Positions 15,509-25,190 of a stretch of 64,000 bases of DNA are shown piece after piece (the first letter of the stretch is position 1; each line of letters starts with the position of its first letter). Both the position numbers and the translations under genes were made by a program. The notes under the pieces are model-generated. The model searched no databases, had not been told where the DNA came from, and saw nothing but the letters and a program-made list of their open reading frames with translations. The DNA comes from a phage. The stretch lies in sequence record PZ151149.1; one strand, 5' to 3'.

Positions 15509-16042
15509 CTAAAAATTTAAACTAGCATAATCTCCAAAATGTTCCTTTGCTGCTTCGTCATAAGCCTTTGCAGCATCAACTTCGTCAAGAAAGACGCCCA
15601 AATGGACCTTTCTACGATTGATTGATATCTGAGCACACCATTTGTTATTCTGTGTTCTAATCACTCCTTTATACTTACTCTTACAACCATCAAGTTTTCC
15701 GCGATTGAATGCATTTTCCTGAGAAGTGGATTCTCTCAAGTTATCCGGTGCATTATTTTCTCGGTTTCTATCTATATGGTCGATCATTTTAACTTGCGTA
15801 CCATGTTCAAGATACCAAACAACCCTATGAACTTTAATGACCAAAGAATAGCCATCACTGCGCCAAAACTTAAAACATAGATAACCTCGACTATTTTTAT
15901 AAACTTTAACCGGGTCTCCTGCCTTATACCATCGACCATTCTTTCCACTATCTTTCAAATGGTACAATATACCATTAACGTGTTTATACTTATCTCTAAT
16001 TTCTTTTTGTGTAAAATCATCCCACATCTTAAACCCAGACAT
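15509..16042 (-). CDS. HNH homing endonuclease with C-terminal AP2 DNA-binding domain
   Basis: IDHIDRNRENNAPDNL (HNH) and YKGV...KWCAQISINRRKVHLGVF...AAKAYDEAA (AP2). Confidence 0.8.
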   Translation of the reverse strand: MSGFKMWDDFTQKEIRDKYKHVNGILYHLKDSGKNGRWYKAGDPVKVYKNSRGYLCFKFWRSDGYSLVIKVHRVVWYLEHGTQVKMIDHIDRNRENNAPDNLRESTSQENAFNRGKLDGCKSKYKGVIRTQNNKWCAQISINRRKVHLGVFLDEVDAAKAYDEAAKEHFGDYASLNF

Positions 16043-16157
16043 ACATTTTCTCCTGATAATATTATTAATAACAACATCAATCTAACATATCTAGTATATA
16101 ATGTCAATTGTCGCTTTGCGACGTGCCGTAGGCACTGACTACTTTTTAACCGAAACA

Positions 16158-16192
16158 AATTTTCTATATTCTAAAGATCTTTCTTCGTTTTG
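16158..16192. repeat. intergenic repeat element, copy A (contains palindrome AAAGATCTTT)
   Basis: 35-nt near-identical match to 53111..53145; shares CGAAACAAATTTT with 52963..52975. Confidence 0.6.
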
Positions 16193-16262
16193 GTTATGTT
16201 TTAACCAATAACTATATTTTTATACAGTAATAAATAAAACTGGTACTATACGAGGACTTCTT

Positions 16263-16517
16263 ATGACAGAAGACATTTTGTTAAAACTCTATGATCGTTT
16301 GGATAACGAATTAGCAACATTGCGGGGTGAAGTTCTCTATTTGTCTAAATGCAATACAGATCTGATTAAGCAGATTGCCGAAAGGGATGACCAAATAAAA
16401 TCCCTTTCAGGCGCATTACGTGATCGCGACAAGGCATTAGAGATTTTACAGCGTGTAACCAATAAAGAAGAGTTGAAAGACTTTCTACATGGTTATGCTC
16501 ACGCCATCGATCTATAA
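16263..16517 (+). CDS. small coiled-coil protein
   Basis: 84 aa helical ORF followed by terminator. Confidence 0.55.
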   Translation: MTEDILLKLYDRLDNELATLRGEVLYLSKCNTDLIKQIAERDDQIKSLSGALRDRDKALEILQRVTNKEELKDFLHGYAHAIDL

Positions 16518-16522
16518 TAAAA

Positions 16523-16541
16523 AGCCCGTCAATGACGGGCT
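16523..16541. terminator. bidirectional intrinsic terminator between convergent genes
   Basis: GCCCGTC-AATGA-CGGGC hairpin flanked by A-run and T-run. Confidence 0.6.
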
Positions 16542-16546
16542 TAATT

Positions 16547-17575
16547 TTAATATGTATCAGCTAATTTAATTATGTTATCAAGTTCCGTGATTGGTAAAGT
16601 TTCTGTGTATCCATCTTTCAACATGGATTTATCAACAACGCCACAATGATAAGTTCTCTTTATTTCCTTTTCAAGTTCCCACGGAATCCAGCCATCAACA
16701 CTTTGTTTGACGTAAACAAGTTTGTGAACAAACTTAGATTTCTGCATATGTTGTTTCATTCTGGTTTCCGGTAATTCATTGGTTACACCAAACTTTATAA
16801 ATTTATCATCTAACGTCTGGATATAAAAATATCCCATCTCAGATGGACGATAGCCAGAAGAACTACATTTCGGACACCCTTTAGCATTTCTGTTGAACGT
16901 ACAATATCTTACAGAAAATTCGGCGTCATGTTTTGTACATTTAAGTTTTATCCATGAATTTGCAGTACCTATCCATTCACCATCGACACCTATATATTCA
17001 TACCCTAACTTTTTACATTTATCTTCTATTCTAGATAGTGCATCTTCCACGGGAACGACATATTCCGTCTTAAATTGTTCAGCCGCACATTTCTTACAAC
17101 CACATGTACCATGATTTTTAAAATCAAAGAACTTTGTATTCTTCCAAATATGGTCATGTTTCTTGCATCTAAGAATCATCTTAGTAATTTGTGATTTCCA
17201 GCCACCAACAAATCCCAAAAATTCATAATCAAGATCTTTACATTTTTCTTCAATGAATTTGGTTGCTTCATCTTCTGTCATAACTCCCCTACATTGAGGG
17301 CAACCAACAATAACCTTTTTAGCATAGAAACTATTACTGGAAACATCATAGACAGTTCCATGCTTATTGCATTGGATAACAGATCTAGTCAATTTTCCTT
17401 TCCATTCTCCAGTAAATCCTAAGAATGTATGGTCGACAAGTTTACATCTTTCAATAACTTTATCTGCAAACTCTCTAGGAGATTTTGTTACCTTGTTTAC
17501 TCTGTATTCTATTTCTTCCGGTTGACGAAGATCATAAACGTGGGGATTTCTCCCCACGGAATTAATATTAAGCAT
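16547..17575 (-). CDS. homing-endonuclease-like protein: three tandem zinc-ribbon modules plus C-terminal T5orf172/GIY-YIG-like domain
   Basis: Three repeats FLGFxGxWKxxxT...C.KH...CxxC; C-terminal GYFYIQT...KFGVT; start at 17575 with AGGAAGG RBS. Confidence 0.6.
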   Translation of the reverse strand: MLNINSVGRNPHVYDLRQPEEIEYRVNKVTKSPREFADKVIERCKLVDHTFLGFTGEWKGKLTRSVIQCNKHGTVYDVSSNSFYAKKVIVGCPQCRGVMTEDEATKFIEEKCKDLDYEFLGFVGGWKSQITKMILRCKKHDHIWKNTKFFDFKNHGTCGCKKCAAEQFKTEYVVPVEDALSRIEDKCKKLGYEYIGVDGEWIGTANSWIKLKCTKHDAEFSVRYCTFNRNAKGCPKCSSSGYRPSEMGYFYIQTLDDKFIKFGVTNELPETRMKQHMQKSKFVHKLVYVKQSVDGWIPWELEKEIKRTYHCGVVDKSMLKDGYTETLPITELDNIIKLADTY

Positions 17576-18390
17576 CTTTCCACACCTTCCTTGCATCATA
17601 GTTTTTACCTTTAGAAACAAATTTATATGTGTTAAGGTAGATAATATTGCTCCAGTCTTTCGGGCTAATCTCAACAAGTTTTGTTTTAATGTGTCCCGGT
17701 AGATATGCTTTGATCATGTGGTCACTACCACGCATACCTTTTACATCACTCCATTTAATCTTCAAGCGTGTTTTATTGCTCAAGGTAGGAGTAGATGCAT
17801 ATTGCTTTAAAAGTGCTTCCAGAAACTGCTGACGGGCTTTAGGCGTTACATAGTGTAAGTTAAGACCCAGCATTACAGTATTACCCGCCTTTGTCTTAGA
17901 ATCACCCAGACAAATGATCAGCGGGAAAACATCCCAATATGGCAAAGTATCTTTATACTTCGCATCATACATAAAGGTATAGATTCGCCCTACTTGCGGT
18001 TTTACAATCTGGTGTCCCTTTATTCCAGCTTTTATTGTTTTAGTAAACCACTCCTGTGATTTTTCTTTAGGACGACTCTTTGATACAGCACGCATAGACG
18101 CACGAAAATCATTAATCATCATCATTGCGCGTTGCTGCTTATTGAGACCCTTTGCACCTTTCCCTTTTAGTTTTTCAACTTCTATTGCTGTTTTAATTTC
18201 GCTGGCATAACGAGACATACTTTTAGTGAAAGTCGCATAGGCTATTCCCTTAGAATCTGCAAATGCTTTAGCTGTCATTCCTTTGGCTTTTGCTTTCGCA
18301 AATTCTACACCCAATTCGACCCACTGTTTAGACTTTCGCTTTTGGGGAGACGGCTTTTCGTCTTCTGTGATTATTTCAAATACGCTCATA
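17568..18390 (-). CDS. protein at T4 gene 2 position (DNA end protector-like)
   Basis: 274 aa from internal Met MSVFEII; length and position match T4 gp2; not verified. Confidence 0.45.
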
Positions 18391-18515
18391 ATATTGTCCT
18401 CTATGTTTATGTTTGTTACACACTTGACAATCCTCTTTGCTATTGCTAAAATGCAGACGAAAATAAACAGCGATACTTGTTGATAAATATCATTATAACA
18501 CAGGAGGAACATTAG

Positions 18516-19538
18516 ATGCAAGATATTAAGAACAAAATTTTGATGCAGTTTCCGAATGCAGATATCAAGTATTTAGAAAAGTATCTAGAAATTTGTGCAA
18601 ACCCAGATAAGGATGGGGAATTAGAGAGGCATCATATTCTACCAAAATCAATTTGGAAGGAATATGAAGACCTTAAAATTCATGATTTTAATGCTGTTCA
18701 CTTGAACACCGTTCGTCATATGATGGCACACTACTATTTCAGTAAAGCAACAAATTCCATTTGGAAGTCTGTTGTTATGATGTTTAATACCAGAATTGAT
18801 ATTATGAAGGAATTGCCAGAAGATATTGTGTTGAAACTTGCTGGTATATCAGAAGAGGCAAAGCGAAAACATGTATACACGGAAGAATCTAGACTGAAAA
18901 TGTCGGAATCACAAAAACGTTTCATGGCTTCTCTTGATGAAGAAGAATTAAAACGTCGCCATAAGAAAAGAACTGATTCCGTTAAAGAACATTTTAGAAA
19001 CTTGAGCGATGAAGAACGAGAAAGAAAGTATAAAGAACGTGGCAAGAAAATATCAAAGGCGTTAAGTAATAGATCAGAGGAAAAACTTAAATTACGAAGA
19101 GAAAGGCTTCTACAAACTATAAACTCAAAGTCAGACGAAGAAAAACAAAGAATCGCCAAACTACTTTCAGATTCACAAAAACCGAAAGAAACATGGGGAA
19201 AATTTGATGAGTTATATGCATTATGGATTGATCTGAATATGCCGGGTCAATATGTATTCAAGCGCGAGGCCATTAAACGTGGATACCCAGATAGGTCATA
19301 TGATTACATCGTTAAAGAAATGAAAAATAAGTACATAAAGGAGAATGGAAACGACATAATAAAATTAAATCCCAGAAAAAATTCTGGTGTCTGGGTATAT
19401 TATGACGAAATATATAAGCTGTGGAAAGAAAATGGTATGCCTAGCGATAGAAAAACAAGAAAAATAGCGGTCGAGAATGGTTATCCCGACCAATGCTATC
19501 AAACTATAGTAAAAGACTTTAAGAACTCACTTATTTAA
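18516..19538 (+). CDS. HNH homing endonuclease with two C-terminal ~45-aa tandem repeats
   Basis: ELERHHILPKS...NAVHLNTVRHMMAH (HNH); repeats WGKFDELYALW...GYPDRSYDYIVKEM and WVYYDEIYKLW...GYPDQCYQTIVKDF. Confidence 0.8.
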   Translation: MQDIKNKILMQFPNADIKYLEKYLEICANPDKDGELERHHILPKSIWKEYEDLKIHDFNAVHLNTVRHMMAHYYFSKATNSIWKSVVMMFNTRIDIMKELPEDIVLKLAGISEEAKRKHVYTEESRLKMSESQKRFMASLDEEELKRRHKKRTDSVKEHFRNLSDEERERKYKERGKKISKALSNRSEEKLKLRRERLLQTINSKSDEEKQRIAKLLSDSQKPKETWGKFDELYALWIDLNMPGQYVFKREAIKRGYPDRSYDYIVKEMKNKYIKENGNDIIKLNPRKNSGVWVYYDEIYKLWKENGMPSDRKTRKIAVENGYPDQCYQTIVKDFKNSLI

Positions 19539-20000
19539 ACCTTTAAAACCGAACACCTTTTTTAATGTGTGTTCGGTTATGATTTTAAATTCCATATTAT
19601 GTTTTTTACACAATGCTACTGCCGCTGCCCACTTTTCGGTATTTTTCGTCCACGTCCAAGCCTCCATCATATAACGCTGCTTTGTTTTAGTCGTTAATCG
19701 CTTTGGCTTTTCTGGTGGTCTAGTCTCTTTGGCTGGCTTAATTTCCCATAAATGCTCTTTTCCATCATCAAACTTAACATAAACATCAACAAAATATCTG
19801 TGACGCTTACCGTCTGTTGATGAATTGTAAGGAATTACAACGGTCTCAGATCCCCATTTAACCACATGAGGATTACGGTCACACCATTTAAAAACATGCA
19901 ATTCCCAGCTTGAACGGTATGTGATTTTCCGTATATCCCCTTTATACTTTTCCTTATTCTCAGGAACATACTTGCCCTTATAAGTGTTAGATCCTCCCAT
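19527..20000 (-). CDS. 4: head completion protein (T4 gene 4-like)
   Basis: 157 aa; recalled similarity (ITYRSSWE...FKWCD...KWxSE) and position before 53-5. Confidence 0.55.
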   Translation of the reverse strand: MGGSNTYKGKYVPENKEKYKGDIRKITYRSSWELHVFKWCDRNPHVVKWGSETVVIPYNSSTDGKRHRYFVDVYVKFDDGKEHLWEIKPAKETRPPEKPKRLTTKTKQRYMMEAWTWTKNTEKWAAAVALCKKHNMEFKIITEHTLKKVFGFKGLNK

Positions 20001-20055
20001 TTTAGCACCCTTTATTATAAATACATAATACTATTTATCAATTGAGGGTGCTAAA

Positions 20056-20610
20056 ATGCTCTTTTCTTTCTTCCCTGCCATTGAATACAACGGCAAGATG
20101 ATTACTGACATTGTGCGCAATTACCGCGCATATTTCAATGCAATAATTTCTGATTATAACATACAAACATATTACATTCAAGGTAGTCCACGACCGGAAC
20201 AGGTTGCATATGAAGTATACGGAAACCAGCAACTTTATTGGATCTTGCTGATGCTTAATGACGTATACGATCCGTTTCATGACTGGATCACCGATCAAGA
20301 GACAGCATACGAATCAGCCGAACAACGATATGCAAACGTAGGAGGAAATCAAGTATTATACCACGTTGATATTGACGGAAACAAGTATTGGAATCTTACC
20401 GAATATCCGAAAGGATCAAGCAATTGGTATGATAAAGGGGATATTCATCATCGTCATTTGCAGTTTCATGGTGCACTGTCGGCGGTAGACACACTGGAAG
20501 ATGCGATCCTCCGCAACGAGGAACGACGCAAGATCAAGATCATAGATCCTACACAAATTAAACAATTTATTAACGCATTCATTCGAGAAATGGAAAAGGC
20601 TGATGTGTAA
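20056..20610 (+). CDS. 53: baseplate wedge subunit (T4 gp53-like)
   Basis: 184 aa; YYIQGSPRPE, QLYWILLMLND motifs; precedes gene 5. Confidence 0.75.
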   Translation: MLFSFFPAIEYNGKMITDIVRNYRAYFNAIISDYNIQTYYIQGSPRPEQVAYEVYGNQQLYWILLMLNDVYDPFHDWITDQETAYESAEQRYANVGGNQVLYHVDIDGNKYWNLTEYPKGSSNWYDKGDIHHRHLQFHGALSAVDTLEDAILRNEERRKIKIIDPTQIKQFINAFIREMEKADV

Positions 20611-20621
20611 GGTGATTAATT

Positions 20622-22421
20622 ATGCTAATGTTTAATAACTCCGTTAAATGGTTTACCGGAATTGTAGAAAACAGGGAAGATCCATTAATGCTGGGGCGCG
20701 TTCAGGTTAGGATTCATGGTATACATCCTTCGCTATCCGCACACGGTGACATTCAAGGTCTCCCAACCGAAGATCTATTATGGATTACGCCAGTACAAGA
20801 CATTACAAGCGCGGCGATCTCCGGTATAGGTCAAAGTCCTACTGGTATTGTTGAAGGTTCAATGGTATTTGGATTGGCTTTAGATGAACGTTATTTAAAC
20901 TGCGTTATTCTGGGTACTATTGCCGGACAATATACAGAGAAACCACTCACTACAGAAGGTTTTTGTGACCCTTCGGGTGCATATCCTCGTTATATTGGTA
21001 ATGATGTTAATATTCTTGCCCGTGGCGGTATTAACCCAGAAACCGGACAAACAACAAAACCTGATAGTGTCTATATTCGAGATGAAAACACTGGAGTTGC
21101 AGTAAATCCAGACGACGAGCCATTAGATCAAATTCCGGTTGATGATAATCCTGATTTTACAATAGAAAAAATGCTTCGTGGCGATGAGGGATATCGTGAG
21201 AAATGGTATCTTGATTCAGAAGGATATCCGACAATAGGCATCGGGCATTTGATCATTTATAAGAAAACCAGTGATCTGGGTATTATCAATAATGAACTTT
21301 CTAAGCTGGTAGGGCGTGAAGTTACAAACGGAAGACTTACCGCCGAAGAAGTTAGTAAAGTATTTGCCGACGATATAGAAAAGACCCGTCGTGATATGCG
21401 CAAACATCCACGAATTGCACCTGTCTATAATAAATGTAATGCTTCTCGTCGTATGGCATTAGAAAATATGGCGTTTCAAATGGGCGTTGGTGGATTGGGT
21501 AAATTTAAGAATAGCCTTGCTGCAATGCTAGCAGAAGAATGGAAACAAGCCTATGATGGATTACGTCAATCGGTATGGGCTAACCAAACTCCAGGACGCG
21601 CCAACCGTGTTTCTAAAATTATTCTTACTGGTAACTTAGAATCATATGGCGTAATTGCTCCTAAGAAAGAGGAATCAATTTCTGATGATCCGAGAGCACG
21701 TTTGAGAAAAACCCGTATTGCTGCATATAAGACGCAGAGAGCAGAAGAAGACCCAGAAGCACCGTTTACCCCACAAGATACACGAATCATGTTTAAAGAG
21801 CCTAAGAGTTCGTATTCTGCAAGGTATCCATATAACCATGTGTACGAGTCAGAGAGCGGTCATATTATCGAGATTGATGATACTCCTTCTCATGAGCGAT
21901 ATCATCGTAAACATCCTTCTGGTACATTTGAAGAAACCAGACCGGACGGAACGAGGGTAGAAAAGATTGAAGGTGATGATTATCTGATCGTTAAACAAGG
22001 CCGGAAAGTAAACGTTAAGGGTAATTTGCAAGTTGTTGTTGAAGGTGACGCGCAAGTTTATTATATGGGTAATGTGATGCAAACCGTTGATGGTAACGTC
22101 ACGGAATTTATTCGTGGTAATGTTAATCAGACCGTTGAGGGTACAGCTAATATGCATGTTGTAGGTGATGTTACCGCTCAGCTTGACGCTAATTTAACGG
22201 CTAATGTCAAGGGTAATGCTGAATTAATGATCGAGGGTAACACTACCGAAACAATTAAAGGTAACTATGATTTAACCGTTGAGGGTAATTTTAATATGAC
22301 CGTCAATGGCACTAAATCAGATCAGGTTAATGGTGACTGGTCCCGTAATTGTGGTGCAAGCGTTAAAGATATTGCATCGGGTACAGTTAAAATTGATGGT
22401 AGCCGTATTGATCTTGGGTGA
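20622..22421 (+). CDS. 5: baseplate hub subunit and tail lysozyme (gp5)
   Basis: N-terminal WFTGIVE...GRVQVRIHGIHP, lysozyme domain YLDSEGYPTIGIGH, C-terminal VxGxxxxx beta-helix repeats. Confidence 0.92.
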   Translation: MLMFNNSVKWFTGIVENREDPLMLGRVQVRIHGIHPSLSAHGDIQGLPTEDLLWITPVQDITSAAISGIGQSPTGIVEGSMVFGLALDERYLNCVILGTIAGQYTEKPLTTEGFCDPSGAYPRYIGNDVNILARGGINPETGQTTKPDSVYIRDENTGVAVNPDDEPLDQIPVDDNPDFTIEKMLRGDEGYREKWYLDSEGYPTIGIGHLIIYKKTSDLGIINNELSKLVGREVTNGRLTAEEVSKVFADDIEKTRRDMRKHPRIAPVYNKCNASRRMALENMAFQMGVGGLGKFKNSLAAMLAEEWKQAYDGLRQSVWANQTPGRANRVSKIILTGNLESYGVIAPKKEESISDDPRARLRKTRIAAYKTQRAEEDPEAPFTPQDTRIMFKEPKSSYSARYPYNHVYESESGHIIEIDDTPSHERYHRKHPSGTFEETRPDGTRVEKIEGDDYLIVKQGRKVNVKGNLQVVVEGDAQVYYMGNVMQTVDGNVTEFIRGNVNQTVEGTANMHVVGDVTAQLDANLTANVKGNAELMIEGNTTETIKGNYDLTVEGNFNMTVNGTKSDQVNGDWSRNCGASVKDIASGTVKIDGSRIDLG

Positions 22422-22429
22422 GGTAATTG

Positions 22430-22996
22430 ATGGTTGAAATTCTTCCTATGAGTTCAAAATTGGAGGATATCAGCGAGCGAGAAATCTTTGAGGTGGTGTT
22501 CTCTTATAAAGCAACGCCACCGGATGCAAATACCACATACACGATTAAAGAGTTTAAGATCAGCGAGTATCGCCCTAATAAGGGCGTTACCGTTGAAGAA
22601 ACTAAAATATCTGGTGAGTATCGGGATAGTTTTTCGCTTGGCGCGGATTCTCTTAAATATATAACGAAAGATAGAATTAAAAAATCTGCCGGAAGTTTTG
22701 ACGATTTACCAGATCCAACTACAGCAGATCTATATTATTTTAACGCTCCTACACGTCTACAGGAGGTTTATACTTATAAAGTAACCCTAACCTATATCCA
22801 ATCTGTTTCAGAGTCTTCTGGCGGTTCTGGTGAAGGAAATAGTGGTGGTTCCAATAGCCGAGAGGGTGCTGGTGAAACTAATACTCCTCCGGTAGTAACC
22901 GAGCACACAATAGAGAAAGTTTATACTCAAACCGTTTTTGGAAATTGGGATGTGTGGGCGCAACAACTAAGAGATTATGTACATAGGGGTGTTTAA
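22430..22996 (+). CDS. 5.1: gp5.1-like protein
   Basis: Positional; ATG at 22430 preferred over TTG at 22427. Confidence 0.55.
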   Translation: MVEILPMSSKLEDISEREIFEVVFSYKATPPDANTTYTIKEFKISEYRPNKGVTVEETKISGEYRDSFSLGADSLKYITKDRIKKSAGSFDDLPDPTTADLYYFNAPTRLQEVYTYKVTLTYIQSVSESSGGSGEGNSGGSNSREGAGETNTPPVVTEHTIEKVYTQTVFGNWDVWAQQLRDYVHRGV

Positions 22997-23289
22997 TGGC
23001 TGGATTATCCTACGATAAAGCTAAAACTACAGGGCATGGTAATTACGGTCCTACGGTAATTAATGCAACTCAATCTAAGGTATTTGTTGAGGGTATCCCT
23101 GTATTAGTCGAAGGAGACCCAATTACACCACACACAAAAACAACAAAGCCTTATGATACACACGGGGGAACTACGGTCGCCAGTACCCCGAAAGTATTTG
23201 TTACCGGAAAGAAAGCAATTCAAATGGCAGATCGTATTAGCTGTGGCGATACCGTCGCTATGGCATCACCGAAGGTATTCATAAAATGA
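22996..23289 (+). CDS. 5.4: PAAR-repeat spike tip protein (gp5.4)
   Basis: 97 aa, PAAR-like repeats ([20 protein letters not shown]). Confidence 0.8.
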   Translation: MAGLSYDKAKTTGHGNYGPTVINATQSKVFVEGIPVLVEGDPITPHTKTTKPYDTHGGTTVASTPKVFVTGKKAIQMADRISCGDTVAMASPKVFIK

Positions 23290-25190
23290 CAAAGCAAAAG
23301 ATTACACAAATTCCTGATATTTTTAATGCTGCTACATTCGATGAAATTAAAAGCGCATTAACAGACTGGATGAGAAACCAGGAAGAATTTAAAGATTTTG
23401 ATTTTAATGGTGCTGGTATTAACGTATTGATGGACTTGCTCGCATATAACACTCTGTATATTCAGCAATTCGCTAACGCCGCGCTATATGAATCTTTTAT
23501 CAGAACGGCAATTAAGCGTAGTTCAGTTGTTCAAGCCGCGCAAGATTTAGGATATTTGCCAGCGAGTAAAACTAGTGCATCAACTACTATTATGTTGCAC
23601 GTATCACATCCACGAAATCCGGCAAGTATTCGAATCCCACGAGGAACTAAATTTATTGCAAGTGTGGATCGCCAGACGTCTTACCCGTTTGTGACTACAG
23701 AAGACGTCGTGAGTGTTTTAGGTTCAAATGGTTTATATACGCCTATGCTTAAAGTCGCACAAGGTCGTATTGTTCGTACAGAAATGTTATTTGATCCGAA
23801 GAAACAAATTCTGATCCGCGATCCTGATATTGACCGCGCTCAGGTTAAGTTGTGGGTAGACGGTGCTGAATGGAAAGACTGGACACGAGAAAGTATTGTT
23901 AATGCAACTGGTGCAAGCAATATTTTCTATATGCGTGAAACCGTAGACGGTCATACAGAAATCTTCTTTGGTGAAGGTGAATCAACTTTATCTGCTGCTG
24001 GCGGTGCACTGGAAGCAAATTATATTGGTGGACTTAAGCCGTCAACTGGTGCTAATATTGTTATCGAATATATCAGCACTAAAGGCGCGGAAGCAAACGG
24101 TTCAGTTAATTTCACATACGCGGATACCCTTGCATCTATCTCTATTGTTACAATTATTGAGAATCCGACAAATGACCGTGATTATGTCGGTGCAGATGGT
24201 GGCGGTGATCCTGAATCAATCGAACGTATCCGTGAACTTGCTCCGGTAATGCGTGAATCTCAGCGTCGTTGTGTTACTGCTTCCGACTATGAGGCTTTTG
24301 TGTCTAGCCGTTTTGGTAGTATTGTTCAGGCGGTACAATGTTTCACCGACCGAGAAAAACCGGGTTATGCTTTTGTTGCTGTTAAGCCGAAATCTGGCTT
24401 GCGCTTGACAACTGTTCAAAAAGAAGATATGCGTGATTATCTGGCAAAATATAACCTTGCCCCTATCACACCGAGCATCATTGACCCCAGCTATCTGTAT
24501 ATTAAACAGAATATTAAAGTTTCCTATTCGATCAATGACTTATCAGAATCAGAGCAGTGGTTGCGCGGTGCGGTTATTGATCAGATTGACGCATATTATA
24601 CCGACGAAGTGGAAATTTTTAACCAGACCTTTAGTAAGTCTAAAATGCTTGCGCGTATTGACAAAGCTGATGTATCGGTGATAGGTTCTAGTGCAGAGAT
24701 CGAGATGGTGCGAGAGATCGACAACTTCTATAAAGCGCCTATGGCTGGAATCAAGTTTTTAAACCAGTATAAGAGCGGAATCAAGTCTAGTTCATTCAAC
24801 TTCGAAAAGGACGACAAGCAATATCCGATCCATTATGTAAGTACAGAAATGAACAAAGAATCCGGTTTAGCTAAATTGCTGGTTGGACCTTTCCCTGTTG
24901 GTTCTGTAATCGCTTTACCGCACTATTCCGGCACTGATTTTGATAAAGAGGTTATCGACGGTGCGGACCTATACTTTGAGGTTGGAGAGGTTCAGCATTA
25001 TGAAGACCTTATTTCATGGGATCTGGGTAAACTGAATATCAATAGCGATCGCTTTACTGGTTCATATATTGAGTTGACAGCTAAACCGATTGCTGATAAC
25101 ATCTTTACTAAAGACGGTTCTTTGATCGTGTTTGAAAACGATCTCCGTCCTCAGTACACAACTATTAGTCTGGAGGCAATTGCTCAATGA
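23286..25190 (+). CDS. 6: baseplate wedge subunit gp6
   Basis: 634 aa, position and size as T4 gp6. Confidence 0.85.
   Translation: MTKQKITQIPDIFNAATFDEIKSALTDWMRNQEEFKDFDFNGAGINVLMDLLAYNTLYIQQFANAALYESFIRTAIKRSSVVQAAQDLGYLPASKTSASTTIMLHVSHPRNPASIRIPRGTKFIASVDRQTSYPFVTTEDVVSVLGSNGLYTPMLKVAQGRIVRTEMLFDPKKQILIRDPDIDRAQVKLWVDGAEWKDWTRESIVNATGASNIFYMRETVDGHTEIFFGEGESTLSAAGGALEANYIGGLKPSTGANIVIEYISTKGAEANGSVNFTYADTLASISIVTIIENPTNDRDYVGADGGGDPESIERIRELAPVMRESQRRCVTASDYEAFVSSRFGSIVQAVQCFTDREKPGYAFVAVKPKSGLRLTTVQKEDMRDYLAKYNLAPITPSIIDPSYLYIKQNIKVSYSINDLSESEQWLRGAVIDQIDAYYTDEVEIFNQTFSKSKMLARIDKADVSVIGSSAEIEMVREIDNFYKAPMAGIKFLNQYKSGIKSSSFNFEKDDKQYPIHYVSTEMNKESGLAKLLVGPFPVGSVIALPHYSGTDFDKEVIDGADLYFEVGEVQHYEDLISWDLGKLNINSDRFTGSYIELTAKPIADNIFTKDGSLIVFENDLRPQYTTISLEAIAQ

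Noticed and set aside
18734-19159. 141-aa minus-strand ORF
   Set aside because: Antisense within the HNH endonuclease gene (18516..19538); low-complexity S/L-rich translation.
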